The notes under the pieces were generated by a model. That model saw only the letters and a program-made list of their open reading frames with translations. It did not search any database and was not told the DNA's origin. DNA of 64,000 bases from Candidatus Hodarchaeota archaeon (GTDB taxonomy: Archaea > Asgardarchaeota > Lokiarchaeia > Sigyniarchaeales > SOKP01), in assembly GCA_048886685.1 (NCBI GenBank), contig JBHLKM010000007.1:1-64000 (forward strand), read 5' to 3'. A program made the translations under genes and the position numbers. This document shows positions 19,739-30,565 of this stretch, piece after piece (the first letter of the stretch is position 1; the number at the start of each line of letters is the position of its first letter).

Positions 19739-21760
19739 CTACCGGGCTTCTTGGAGCAATATTACAAAATTACTTCCTTGTTTATAATCTCCTTGCACTC
19801 TATCTTCAACCCAAATATCACCTTTATAACTCTCAAGAATTTTTTTGACGAGAGATAGACCAAGACCCATTCCTTTGCTTTTTAGATTTTTACGTTTTCC
19901 TTTCTCGAATATACTTTTCTTACGATAATCTGAGATACCCATACCATTATCTTTAAATTCCATTTTAATGTATTTCGTATTCTTTAAATAATCTTTACTT
20001 ATATCTACATTAATTTGAATTTTGGGTTTGTTGTTATGTCTAACGGCATTTATCAGTATATTTTCAAATACATCTAATAAGAGATTATTTGCAATTACGT
20101 AGAGCTTCTTTTCTGAAATATTAATTTGAACATCTATATCTCTTGCTTGAAAACTAGTTTTAACATATTCAATTGCTTTCTCTAACAATCGAAAAGATTC
20201 AATTTTTTCTAGATTAATTTCTGACTCATCTATTTTGGTTATTTTTCTGACATTATCAATTAATTTTTTGCCTCTTTCAATTTGTTCAGTTATAATATCA
20301 TATAATTCTTTCAATGTATGGAGTTTTTCAGGATTATTCAAATAAAGAGAGCTAAGTTCCGCTGAAGATTGAATATTTTGGAGAATATTGTTAATATCGT
20401 GAGCAAAAATATCTCTATAGAGATTAGCTTGATAATAGGCTTTTCGATATTTTTCTTCCGATTCTTTAAGTAATTTTTCAGATTCAAATTTCTGAATGAT
20501 AATTCCCATTTGTTTACCAATCGCGACCAATAACTCTGATTCATTTTCAGAAAGAATTTGATGAGTAGGGGCCCCTACATTCATACTTCCTACATATTTG
20601 TCCTTTGAACGGAGTGGAACAATTGCAGCGGAATGAACTCCTAATTCTTTTGAACCTTTCATGAATTCAGAGAAATCTTCGATATAAAACAAATTATTCT
20701 TGTCAAATACAGTACTAAAAAGACCTTCTGATATATCGACATCTTCAACCGCGGCAATAAAGTCAGGATGAACATTCTTGTGAAGCACTAGTATATTATG
20801 ATGAGTTTCAGGATTATAAAGATAAATTCCTCCTCTGTCGAAACCTACTGTATCAAGCACTTGATCATAAGATTTTTCTAAAAATTCTTGAAGATTTGTG
20901 GACTCATTCCCTAAAGTTATTATTTTATTTAAGACGGATAATGCTTCACTTCGTTCCTCTACTTTTTGTTCAGCAATTTTTTTTTCTGTAATATCTAGAG
21001 TAGCTTCAACAACTCCAATTATATTATTATTTAAATCCTTTACAGGATAACCTGCTACACGCCATATTCTCCCCTCTGGAGTTATAATTTCATTTATTAC
21101 TGGTTTTTGAGTTTTTAATGATTTTACTACAGGACATCCGTCACATGGTTCTTCTCGATCGTTCCAAACCTGATAACACTTAAGTCCGGTTAATTCTTCT
21201 GGAGAAGTACTTACAGAGGCCGCGGCAGCTTTATTAGCCCAGATAATAGTGTTATCTGTAGTTTGATATACTATATGTTCTAGAAGACTTTCCAAAATCA
21301 CCGATTTTTCATTCTCAGATTTCAATAAATCATATTCTACTTTCTTCTGTTTAATAATTTCTTTAGCTTCAATAAGCTCCGATTGTCGGTCAAAAATTGT
21401 AACTAATCTACCAGAGGGTAATTTATAAATATAAAGTTCTGTCCAACCGTTGACTCTGTCATCCTGGTAAAAAGCAGTTGGAGAACGTTCTGACTTTCCC
21501 GTTTTCCATACCCTTCTTAAAGCATCTACGAATCCAAACTCTTCTACGTTAGGAAATAAATCGGATAGATTTTTTCCGACGACTTCCTCCCGTTTTATTT
21601 CACCTATACGTAATCCTGCTTTATTCATTTCTCTAATTATAAAATTTTCCCCTTCATCGAGTGTCTCATAAATTGCTACACCACTACTAATATTTTCAAT
21701 AAGTTCCTTGAATAATTCTTCAGATTCATACAACTCTAATTCTATCAATTTTACCCACAA
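19739..21760 (-). CDS. PAS-PAS-GAF sensor histidine kinase
   Basis: Two PAS domains (one with a KCY..W.....PC..CP motif), GAF, AHDINNILQ H-box, HATPase. Confidence 0.92.
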   Translation of the reverse strand: MWVKLIELELYESEELFKELIENISSGVAIYETLDEGENFIIREMNKAGLRIGEIKREEVVGKNLSDLFPNVEEFGFVDALRRVWKTGKSERSPTAFYQDDRVNGWTELYIYKLPSGRLVTIFDRQSELIEAKEIIKQKKVEYDLLKSENEKSVILESLLEHIVYQTTDNTIIWANKAAAASVSTSPEELTGLKCYQVWNDREEPCDGCPVVKSLKTQKPVINEIITPEGRIWRVAGYPVKDLNNNIIGVVEATLDITEKKIAEQKVEERSEALSVLNKIITLGNESTNLQEFLEKSYDQVLDTVGFDRGGIYLYNPETHHNILVLHKNVHPDFIAAVEDVDISEGLFSTVFDKNNLFYIEDFSEFMKGSKELGVHSAAIVPLRSKDKYVGSMNVGAPTHQILSENESELLVAIGKQMGIIIQKFESEKLLKESEEKYRKAYYQANLYRDIFAHDINNILQNIQSSAELSSLYLNNPEKLHTLKELYDIITEQIERGKKLIDNVRKITKIDESEINLEKIESFRLLEKAIEYVKTSFQARDIDVQINISEKKLYVIANNLLLDVFENILINAVRHNNKPKIQINVDISKDYLKNTKYIKMEFKDNGMGISDYRKKSIFEKGKRKNLKSKGMGLGLSLVKKILESYKGDIWVEDRVQGDYKQGSNFVILLQEAR

Positions 21761-22198
21761 TTCACTTTTTATTAATGAACGACTTTAATGTATTCAAATA
21801 AATTAGGATACTTCCAATTTCTGATCAAATTCAGCAATCAAGTTAAACCACAATAATAGTCGACTAATTATATTTAAACTTATCTACTAAAATTTTGAGA
21901 AATATCACCAATATTAACTATAGGAATCTCCGATAAGCTCTAAGTTTTAGGGAAAAAATAGAATTTAAGAGTAAAACAGTAAAGTTGAACCCATTATAGA
22001 CTTTCTAAAAGAATAGTGTCATCTGGTATAATTGGCTCATCAATTTTTATTTTTCTTAAAAATAATACCGCAATTAGGTAAAAAAACCTTGCGAGGTGAA
22101 TAATATTTAAAAATTAATGGGATTTGAAATAGTTTTGTAGAAATATATGAAATTTTATATTAAAAGTTAAAATATTTGATTAAAAAAAAAGAAAAAAT

Positions 22199-23686
22199 TT
22201 AAGCTAACATTGAAGGCAGTATTCTAGCTAACGGAACTGCTAAACCACCGAGTAATGAACCGATTGAGCTTAATTTCTTGAGATAATCTTTAATATTCTT
22301 TGTCACCTTCACAGTTCTAGTCTTTCCTTCTATTATTGTGCCATCTTCAGAGAGTAAGAAAATTTGGATTGTTTGTTCTCCCACTTCTCTTGGTTCCAAG
22401 GTTAACCAAGTTGTATCCCCATTTTCCAGCATTGTAGATAGAACTCCCGCAATATCTCTCTCTTCAGAGGAAATTAATGGGATTGGTGAATTTGGTATAT
22501 TAAAAGTACCTCTACCTTCTACTTCAATATCAAGTTTTAACTTATTGGGCTCAAATCCTGGGGCATTGATTTTGATTGCGTATTTTTTAGCCTCGGGAGA
22601 GTTATTAAACAAAAAGCAAAATACATTTAATTCTGAATTAAGATAAACTACTTCTTGAGCAGTAGAGTCCAAATAAATTGGATCTTTCGATAATCTCTCA
22701 ATATTATCTGCTAATTCTAACTGTAGTCGGTCGATTATGTTGAAAAAACCAGGATTGAATTTTTTAATATAATTAAAGAGTTTATAGATATCATTTGCTG
22801 AGAAATACCACGCACCTTCCACGTATACACCTTTCTCATCATTAAAATTATCCGAATCTACATCAATCACTTCCCTTAATTCTTGAATAAATTGTTCTTC
22901 AGTTAATACATCTTGGAATTTTAAATAATATAGAAATAGAATTTTCTCTATTGCAAACGTAATGGGTAATTCATCTTCTTCCTGTTCCTTTATTTTTTGT
23001 ATAAAACTAGGTGTTAATATTTTGTTCAATTCTCCTAAATACTCATCCCATTTAAGAAATGTTACTGGATCCAAGTGGTTTGATAAAATTTCTGCGAAAA
23101 AGTTATCTAAAAATATTTGATGAGTTGTTGGTTTATAAAAGTCTTGTAAGCCGTTTACATCATGGATGTTAAGGTTTAAACTACGGATTAGTATTGACAA
23201 ACCTAGACCTACTAATGCAAAACCAGCAGCAGCAAATCCTACATCAAGCCAATCTATCACGATCATGATCACAAATAAGACTATTGCTGTAAAACATATC
23301 AACGAGATAATTTTTAGCAAGTTTGTGACTCTTTTAACGCTGCTTGAAAGTAAATCAAATCCATCCAGGCTATCTATTGGTCTACCTCGCTGTCGTTCAA
23401 ATTTTAATCTCATTTTAAGTGAGCTTTCAGTAGAACTGGCACCTAATAATAACATAACGGAATTAAATGCATAAATGACCAATATAACTAAATAAATAAT
23501 TTTTAATGTAAAATCAAGTGCTTGAATGAAAGCCAGAAGTGTAATAATTAAAAAGACTATAGGTAATACAAAGAGTAAAAGTTTCCCCACCTTTGATATG
23601 TATCGTATCATTTTACCCTGAAATTTTTCTTTCTTGATGATTTTCGATATACTCTTTTCTAAATTTCTTGTCATATGTTTTAACAT
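22199..23686 (-). CDS. Hypothetical membrane protein (4 N-terminal TM, soluble domain, C-terminal hydrophobic tail)
   Basis: 495-aa ORF; hydrophobic segments visible. Confidence 0.75.
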   Translation of the reverse strand: MLKHMTRNLEKSISKIIKKEKFQGKMIRYISKVGKLLLFVLPIVFLIITLLAFIQALDFTLKIIYLVILVIYAFNSVMLLLGASSTESSLKMRLKFERQRGRPIDSLDGFDLLSSSVKRVTNLLKIISLICFTAIVLFVIMIVIDWLDVGFAAAGFALVGLGLSILIRSLNLNIHDVNGLQDFYKPTTHQIFLDNFFAEILSNHLDPVTFLKWDEYLGELNKILTPSFIQKIKEQEEDELPITFAIEKILFLYYLKFQDVLTEEQFIQELREVIDVDSDNFNDEKGVYVEGAWYFSANDIYKLFNYIKKFNPGFFNIIDRLQLELADNIERLSKDPIYLDSTAQEVVYLNSELNVFCFLFNNSPEAKKYAIKINAPGFEPNKLKLDIEVEGRGTFNIPNSPIPLISSEERDIAGVLSTMLENGDTTWLTLEPREVGEQTIQIFLLSEDGTIIEGKTRTVKVTKNIKDYLKKLSSIGSLLGGLAVPLARILPSMLA

Positions 23687-23886
23687 CTCTTGAATTAGAA
23701 TTATTTTTTAAAATAGTGTAATTAGAATAATAGAACTCGATATTTATAATATTTCCGCATAAATGTTTGTGGGAAGAACAAGAATTTAAAAAAAATTTTA
23801 AATTTTATATATTTTAAATAGAATAATCTTAATTATTATTGCTTTACTCTTAGTACATATTAAGGAATCAGTGTGATTTTAACACT

Positions 23887-24858
23887 ATGAGCGAAATTAA
23901 AGATTCTGTTATTATCGATATAAAAGATCTCAAAAAACATTTTAAAGAAGTTAAAGCAGTTGATGGTGTATCTTTAAAAATTAAGAAAGGGGAATTATTT
24001 AGCATTCTTGGCCCAAACGGAGCAGGTAAGACTACGTTAGTAAGGATGTTAACGACTGTTCTCACACCAACATCTGGGGATGCTTTTATTGATGGATATA
24101 GCATTTTAACAGGAAAAAAAGAGATTGTACAAATAATTGGAGTATGTCCCCAAGATATTACTATTTATGAGGTTCTAAGAGCTGAAGAAAATGTGGAATT
24201 TGTAGCAGCTATGCATGGAATCCCTCGTAAGGAAACAAAAGAAAAGGCAATCGCATTATTAGAAAAATTTGGTATAGCTGGAAGGAGAGACTGGTCTAAG
24301 CATTTCTCAGGAGGCATGCAGCGCCGCTTAAATCTCGCAATGGCTTTAGTATTTGAACCAAAAATTCTTTTTCTCGATGAACCTTCAGCCGGTCTTGATC
24401 CTCAAGCGAGACGGCTTGTATGGGATTTTATTCGGGATTTAAAGAAAGAGGATATAACTATTATACTTATGACTCACGATATGCAAGAAGCAGATGTTCT
24501 TTCAGACTATGTTGCTATTATCGATCAAGGAAAAATCATTGCTCAAGGCACTCCAACTGAACTGAAGGAGAAATATGGAAGTGATAATTTACTTGAAGTA
24601 TCTTTTTTAAATCAAGAAGACGTCGAAACCGCAAAAAAGAATTTAGAAAAAATAAGTTTTGTGGCAGATTGGAAAGAATATGATAAGAAAGGTAGAAAAA
24701 CATTATTAATACCTTTCCAAGGGGGGTTAAAAAATCTTGTGAAAATCCTACAACAAGGAATCATTGAAAATATCGATGAGGTTGAAAATATAAAGTTTAG
24801 GCAAAATTCTCTTGAAGACGTATTTTTAAACTTAACTGGGAGGCGATTACGAGATTGA
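23887..24858 (+). CDS. ABC-2 exporter ATP-binding subunit (DrrA-like)
   Basis: GPNGAGKTT, FSGGMQRR, LFLDEP. Confidence 0.93.
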   Translation: MSEIKDSVIIDIKDLKKHFKEVKAVDGVSLKIKKGELFSILGPNGAGKTTLVRMLTTVLTPTSGDAFIDGYSILTGKKEIVQIIGVCPQDITIYEVLRAEENVEFVAAMHGIPRKETKEKAIALLEKFGIAGRRDWSKHFSGGMQRRLNLAMALVFEPKILFLDEPSAGLDPQARRLVWDFIRDLKKEDITIILMTHDMQEADVLSDYVAIIDQGKIIAQGTPTELKEKYGSDNLLEVSFLNQEDVETAKKNLEKISFVADWKEYDKKGRKTLLIPFQGGLKNLVKILQQGIIENIDEVENIKFRQNSLEDVFLNLTGRRLRD

Positions 24859-25655
24859 AATTATTAGAGAATAAAGCCGTTCAGATTTCCATTAAAAATT
24901 TAAAAGATAAAATAAGACATTGGCAATATGTCTTTTTTTCCCTTCTTTTGCCTATTATGTTCACGGTGATGTTCTATTTCATGTTCGGTTCCGAAGAAGA
25001 TCCCACTGGACGAACTGATTTTGATTACAGTTTTCCAGGAATGATTATGTACGCAATAGGTATGGGAACTATGAACGCTGCTATTATGTTTGCTCAGGAT
25101 AAAGGATCTGGTATGTTGGATCGTCTAGACACTATGCCTACAGGGAGGAAAAACATGTTTTTAGGAGCCTTAATTTCTGAATCATTATTCCTAATGCTTC
25201 AGATAGTCATTATGTTTTTTATTGGCTATGTGCTGCTAGGTCTCTATTTTGAAGGTCCATTAGAATTATTCATTGGATTCTTAATAGCTGTTGTGTTTGG
25301 TATGTCTGCTGTAGGACTTGGGATTACTATTGCTAGTGTATCCAAAAATGTTGAGGTAGCTAACGCAGCCTCCTTACTAGTATTTATGATACTTATCTTT
25401 CTCTCAGGAAGTATGATACCATTTGAAAGTCCAATTGTATTTTTTACACCACCTTTTTGGGCTAAACAGTTATATCTACAATTAACTGTTTTAGGAGACG
25501 GATTTGGTGATCTTCTATATAGTGGTTCATTAATAGGTGTCACTTCTGAAACCATTCCAATTACTCTAGGGATTGGATTATTAATTGTATTTACCTATAC
25601 AATAATTTTCATAATCTTGGGAATTATCATTTTCCAGAAAAAGACCAAATTTTAA
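24855..25655 (+). CDS. ABC-2 exporter permease
   Basis: About six TM segments; overlaps ATPase stop. Confidence 0.88.
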   Translation: MKLLENKAVQISIKNLKDKIRHWQYVFFSLLLPIMFTVMFYFMFGSEEDPTGRTDFDYSFPGMIMYAIGMGTMNAAIMFAQDKGSGMLDRLDTMPTGRKNMFLGALISESLFLMLQIVIMFFIGYVLLGLYFEGPLELFIGFLIAVVFGMSAVGLGITIASVSKNVEVANAASLLVFMILIFLSGSMIPFESPIVFFTPPFWAKQLYLQLTVLGDGFGDLLYSGSLIGVTSETIPITLGIGLLIVFTYTIIFIILGIIIFQKKTKF

Positions 25656-25719
25656 AATGCAAAATTACAAATTCTAAGATTAATTTTCATTCTTAATACT
25701 ATAAAGAGCTTATTCTACT

Positions 25720-26745
25720 TTGTATTCTGTTAAGTTTAACTCTGAAGTCAATCAAATTGAGGATGTTTATCAAATTAAGATTGATGTCCCATGGGCTGTA
25801 AGATTCGTTAGTCTGTATACGTTTAAGATTAAAGATAAAATTATTCTGTTCGATTCCGGATTGGATATGGGTAATTGGAGTAAGTTGTTCTTCTTAGCTC
25901 TAAAAGATATTAACCTAACTGTCCAAGATATTGACTATTGTTTTATTTCACATAATCATTCTGACCACGTTGGACTAGCGGGAACCTTAAAACAAATGAA
26001 TCCAAATCTTAAAATACTAATGAGTGATATCACTGCTAAGACCCTGAAATGGGAAAATGAACAAGAAAATTTGGATGAGTTAGACCAAGAAGCTAAAAAA
26101 GTAGCCTTCCAAATGATAAAGTATGGATTTAATGAAAGGAAGGCAGAAAGAGTAGTCCAATTTTTTAGTTTTTGGCCTCAATTTCGTAAGTATCAAAAGC
26201 CAGACATAATTTTAAATGATGGTGATAGAATTTTAGAAGATTTAGAAGTTATTTGGACCCCAGGACACAGTTTTGGTCATATCTGTCTTTTTAATACAAA
26301 AAAGAAGTATCTTTTCTCAGGAGATCACATACTTTCGAGAATCACACCTCACATTGGGAATTATATTATTCCTAAAGTTCTGATAGAAGAATACGAAAGT
26401 TATGACTTTAACAATATATTAAAGCATTATCTAAATTCTTTAGATCGAATCGATAAGTTAAACACAAAAATTATCTTTCCTGCTCATCAAGAAATTATAT
26501 ACGATCCTCATAAGCGTATTACAGAAATCAAAGAACACCACAAAAATAGGTTATCAGAAATATCAAGAGTAATAAAAGACAATCCTTTACCACCCTCTAA
26601 AATTTCCCAAATACATTTTGGAGATATAGATGATATGAATTCATTTTTAGCACTTTCCGAAGTACTTGGTCATCTATTTTTCCTTGAAAATCAAGGTTTA
26701 GTGAAATCTATTGAAAGAAATGGAAAAATTTTGTATTACAGTTAA
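25720..26745 (+). CDS. Metallo-beta-lactamase-fold hydrolase with C-terminal winged helix
   Basis: SHNHSDHVG, TPGHS, SGDH, PAH motifs. Confidence 0.88.
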   Translation: MYSVKFNSEVNQIEDVYQIKIDVPWAVRFVSLYTFKIKDKIILFDSGLDMGNWSKLFFLALKDINLTVQDIDYCFISHNHSDHVGLAGTLKQMNPNLKILMSDITAKTLKWENEQENLDELDQEAKKVAFQMIKYGFNERKAERVVQFFSFWPQFRKYQKPDIILNDGDRILEDLEVIWTPGHSFGHICLFNTKKKYLFSGDHILSRITPHIGNYIIPKVLIEEYESYDFNNILKHYLNSLDRIDKLNTKIIFPAHQEIIYDPHKRITEIKEHHKNRLSEISRVIKDNPLPPSKISQIHFGDIDDMNSFLALSEVLGHLFFLENQGLVKSIERNGKILYYS

Positions 26746-26789
26746 ATTTAGATAAAATATTTTATTCTAAATAGAATATAATTATTATA

Positions 26790-27389
26790 ATGTTTAATTG
26801 GATTAACCTTATTATATTAATTATTGCAACCGCACTAATGGCATTTTTCTACGTTAAGAGTGTAGGTCCAGCAGCTTTAGAACAGAAGATCGGTCTAAAT
26901 GCATATACAAGATGCGCTTATTATCGAATCATCGCAAGTGTGTTTGAAATAATTGTAATTATCAATTACTTGTTTTATTTTATTCTCCCGCTTCCTATTC
27001 CAATTCCTCGTTTCTTTTTTTGGAATTATTTGATTTCGGTCATTATTAGTGTTGTTATTTTATTTCCTAGTCTATATATTATGTTAAAAGGACTTAAAGA
27101 TGCAGGAAGAGAAGCCCTTTTCCCAGCTAAGGAACATACGCTTTATGAAGGGATATATGAGAAAATTCGGCATCCACAAGCATTAGGAGAAGCCTTTCTA
27201 TGGTGGAGTGTCGCTTTGATTTTAAATTCTCCATTTTTATTTCTATATTCTATTATTTGGTTTCCCCTATTTTATTGGTTTTGTAAAACGGAAGAAAGGG
27301 ATCTAATAATAAGATATGGGGAATCCTACACAGATTATAAAAAACGAACAGGGATGTTTTTTCCAAAAAGAAAGCGTAAGAGTAAGTAA
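26790..27389 (+). CDS. Isoprenylcysteine carboxylmethyltransferase/PEMT-family membrane protein
   Basis: GIYEKIRHPQ, EERDL..RYG..Y..YKKRT. Confidence 0.82.
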   Translation: MFNWINLIILIIATALMAFFYVKSVGPAALEQKIGLNAYTRCAYYRIIASVFEIIVIINYLFYFILPLPIPIPRFFFWNYLISVIISVVILFPSLYIMLKGLKDAGREALFPAKEHTLYEGIYEKIRHPQALGEAFLWWSVALILNSPFLFLYSIIWFPLFYWFCKTEERDLIIRYGESYTDYKKRTGMFFPKRKRKSK

Positions 27390-27455
27390 ATTCTTTTATC
27401 ATTCCTATCTCCTTATAAATTCGAATATAAAAAAAGAGAAATAAAATAAATTATA

Positions 27456-29015
27456 TTATTCAGGTTCAATTTCATATTCAATTCCATATGAAATTTGTTC
27501 CATTAAAATATCTCTTAATCTAGGAGTAATAGGACGTCCTTTCTTATGAATAGCCCGTCCTACAATCGCTTCTGCCGCTTCTAAGACCATTTCTGAGAGT
27601 GTAGGATGACTATGTATAGTAGCTGTTATATCTTCAATAGATAATCCATTTTGCATAGCTAATGTAATCTCAGCAATCAATTCTGGAGCTCCTTCACCAA
27701 TACAGGAAGCCCCAACGATTTGAGTTGTATGTTTATCTGCTAAAATTATTAAAAGACCCTCTTCTCCTAAACATTTTGCCTTTCCCAGACTACTATATGG
27801 AAATTGCCCAACCAAAACATCTATGCCAAAATCTTTAGCTTGTTTTATCTTTAATCCCACTGAACCTATGTTTGGACTCGTAAAAATTGTTGAGGGCACA
27901 ACTCTATAATTTGTTCTTTTAGGATGGTTTTTATATATTCCAAGACTCGAAAGAGCATTTGCAACAGCTATATCTCCTTCATAACTAGCTACATGTGCAA
28001 GCATAATTCCTCCCGTCACATCTCCTATAGCATATATTCCATTTACAGAGGTTTCTAATGTTCCAGGATCAACTTCAATTGCTCCCCTTCTTGTTTCAAT
28101 TCCAATCTCTTCCAATCCTAAATTATTTGATACTTTATTTCTACCTATTGAGACCAGACATAAATCTGCTTCAAAAATTAATTTTTCTGCGTTTTCAATT
28201 TCTTCTATTGGGATTAAAGCGGAACAGGTTGTAGCTCTTACGCTCGAGCCAGTATTCTCAACGGCTAAGACATTTTGAGATGTAAATATCTTAATACCCA
28301 TTGAATCAAATTTTTTTTGTAATTGTTTTATTATAATTGGCTCTTCTGACGCAATAGGAAAGGGAAGATATTCTAAAAGTGTTACCTCGCTCCCAAAAGT
28401 CGCAAAGATGTCCGCAAATTCACATCCAATTACCCCCGCACCAATAATTAATAATCGCTTTGGGATAGTCTTAAAATTAGGATCTAAAATATCATCACTA
28501 GTTAATATTCTCTCATGGTCGACATTAAAATTAGGAATTAAAGCAGGAGTAGAGCCTGTGGCAATAATGATTCTTTTAGCAATAATAGTCTCATTATTAT
28601 TTTCTCCTTGAATCAAAACCTTATAACCATCTTTGGCATTTCCACCCATTATCTTAGCATGTCCTATATAGATATCATTCTTCCATGATTTTTGAAGATT
28701 TTCAATACCTATTCCAAGTTCTTTTACAATGTTATTTTTTCGTTCTACGACTTTACTGAAATCAACTTTATAGCCTTTGATTTCAATCCCAAACTCTTCT
28801 GCTTTTTTAAGTTTCTCAATTAAATGCGCAGAAGCAAGTAGAGCCTTAGTAGGGATACAACCACTATTTAAACATGTCCCACCTAACTTGTTTTTTTCTA
28901 TTAATGCAACTTTAGCCCCATATTGCGCTGCTCTTATAGCACTGTGATAACCTCCTGGACCTGCTCCAATAATTGCTAAATCATATTGCTTATCTACTCT
29001 TTCTTCTTTAGGCAT
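27456..29015 (-). CDS. lpdA: Dihydrolipoyl dehydrogenase
   Basis: GAGPGGY, GGTCLNSGCIPTK, GAGVIGCE, MLAHVA, HPTLSE. Confidence 0.92.
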   Translation of the reverse strand: MPKEERVDKQYDLAIIGAGPGGYHSAIRAAQYGAKVALIEKNKLGGTCLNSGCIPTKALLASAHLIEKLKKAEEFGIEIKGYKVDFSKVVERKNNIVKELGIGIENLQKSWKNDIYIGHAKIMGGNAKDGYKVLIQGENNNETIIAKRIIIATGSTPALIPNFNVDHERILTSDDILDPNFKTIPKRLLIIGAGVIGCEFADIFATFGSEVTLLEYLPFPIASEEPIIIKQLQKKFDSMGIKIFTSQNVLAVENTGSSVRATTCSALIPIEEIENAEKLIFEADLCLVSIGRNKVSNNLGLEEIGIETRRGAIEVDPGTLETSVNGIYAIGDVTGGIMLAHVASYEGDIAVANALSSLGIYKNHPKRTNYRVVPSTIFTSPNIGSVGLKIKQAKDFGIDVLVGQFPYSSLGKAKCLGEEGLLIILADKHTTQIVGASCIGEGAPELIAEITLAMQNGLSIEDITATIHSHPTLSEMVLEAAEAIVGRAIHKKGRPITPRLRDILMEQISYGIEYEIEPE

Positions 29016-29056
29016 TTTTAATCCCTCATTTCTTTTAAGGATAATTTAAATTAAAA

Positions 29057-29656
29057 TTATAACAAAAATTTTGATTTTGGGATGAATAAAATATTGGATT
29101 TTACGTCGTGTTCTTTCAATTGTTTCATTATTTCAACTAGAATATTCTCCTCTCCAACGTGTACAAAAGTCAAATCTCTACTATCTCGATCCTTTATAAC
29201 ACTTAAAATCTTTTTAACAATTGATTCAACTCGAATCTGTTGATTTATATAATAGTTTAATTCTCTCATTTCATTTGAATAATAATCAATTAAATAGCTC
29301 AGCTCTTGAGCCCCTGGAGAATTTTTATTTTTTAATAAATCATAAGATTCTTTTAATTCATTATATTTATTTTGAATCTGACTTATTTGGCTTGAAAAAT
29401 GCCCTTTAACATAATGTGGTAATTCAATTGTGAAATAAGGGATTTCAAATTCATTAAATACTTTTGCTAGATGAGTTTCGTTAAATTCTCGTAAACTCAT
29501 ATATCCTAAATCTATCACAGCAAATTTTACCGGTATTTCCTTGAATTTTTCTATTAATTCTTCAACTTGTTTTTCTGTTATATCCTCATGCATATCTCTT
29601 AAGAGATACACGGAAAAATTATTATCCATCAAGGTTTCGAACATTATACTGTCCAT
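29057..29656 (-). CDS. Hypothetical protein (alpha/beta with coiled-coil insert)
   Basis: 199-aa ORF with SD AAGGTG and a long A-rich leader. Confidence 0.75.
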   Translation of the reverse strand: MDSIMFETLMDNNFSVYLLRDMHEDITEKQVEELIEKFKEIPVKFAVIDLGYMSLREFNETHLAKVFNEFEIPYFTIELPHYVKGHFSSQISQIQNKYNELKESYDLLKNKNSPGAQELSYLIDYYSNEMRELNYYINQQIRVESIVKKILSVIKDRDSRDLTFVHVGEENILVEIMKQLKEHDVKSNILFIPKSKFLL

Positions 29657-29883
29657 TTTTTTTTTACACCTTTTTCTGTAATTTTTTTTTTTTATTCTTT
29701 TTTATTTTTTATGGAAACGATCAATTTTTGATCTAAACAAATAATGTAATATATGCATCCCCGCTATTCCGAGTATCATATTCTTAACCCATTACCCACT
29801 CGGAATACAAATGACCGTCGTAATTCGGAAAAGCTGATCTTTTCCAATAATATAATATTGAATATAATATATAAATGTTTCGG
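29657..29883 (-). promoter_or_regulatory. Strong BRE/TATA promoter followed by a ~190-nt structured 5' leader
   Basis: CCGAAA-CA-TTTATATA at 29883-29868; hairpins at 29827-29845, 29765-29807 and 29719-29733. Confidence 0.55.
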
Positions 29884-30204
29884 AAAGTGATCAGTGATTG
29901 ATATCATAACGAAAAAGTGTATGCGTGAAAATGATCATAGATGTTTTGCAATTTGTAAAAATCAACTAATAATATTTTATGGGATAAGATCAAAAATCTA
30001 AATATACTATAATCTAATTATAAATTGGATGTAAAATCATGTAAACACATAATATGATCTCTTAAACTATCTTTTTTCATTTATTTTTTTCTGCCAATTT
30101 ACTATTTTATAAGAATTTAAATCATATCATATCGGTTATTTTAATTGCCTAATTCTAATTTTTAAGTTAAAAATAAATAGAGGTTTGAACAAAAAATAAT
30201 CTTT

Positions 30205-30492
30205 ATGATAACTTAATGGACCCCATATCACAAAACAAATGAATGGCTTAAAACATTTAGGCAAGTACAAGAGAAAATTCCACCCTTCATAAAAAAAAGG
30301 CGAACCCCTGATGAAGAACGAGGCATTAAAGGATGCAATCTCATTATGGTCGAAAAAGGAAACGCTGACGAAGTTATGATTGAAATTTCTAAATTAATTG
30401 CTCCATTTTGGAAAGTTGAAGGTTTTGCAATGAAGATTGAATCGATTTTATCAATGAGAGACTCTTTAAAGACAATCGGGGCAAGTCTTTAA
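30205..30492 (+). pseudogene. Small hypothetical protein with in-frame TAA at 30214-30216
   Basis: MIT*WTPYHKTNEWLKTF...GIKGCNLIMVEKG...KVEGFAMKIE...GASL*; protein-like frame of ~95 codons with GAGG upstream. Confidence 0.55.
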
Positions 30493-30565
30493 TTATTCAA
30501 ATTTATTTTTTTTTTCTTATGATTATTCTTTTGAAATTTATCTAAATTACATAAAATTTGGAAAA

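Noticed and set aside
22068-22093. Hairpin CGCAA-TT-AGGT-AAAAAA-ACCT-TGCG
   Set aside because: Isolated short stem with no boxes, promoter or repeat support.
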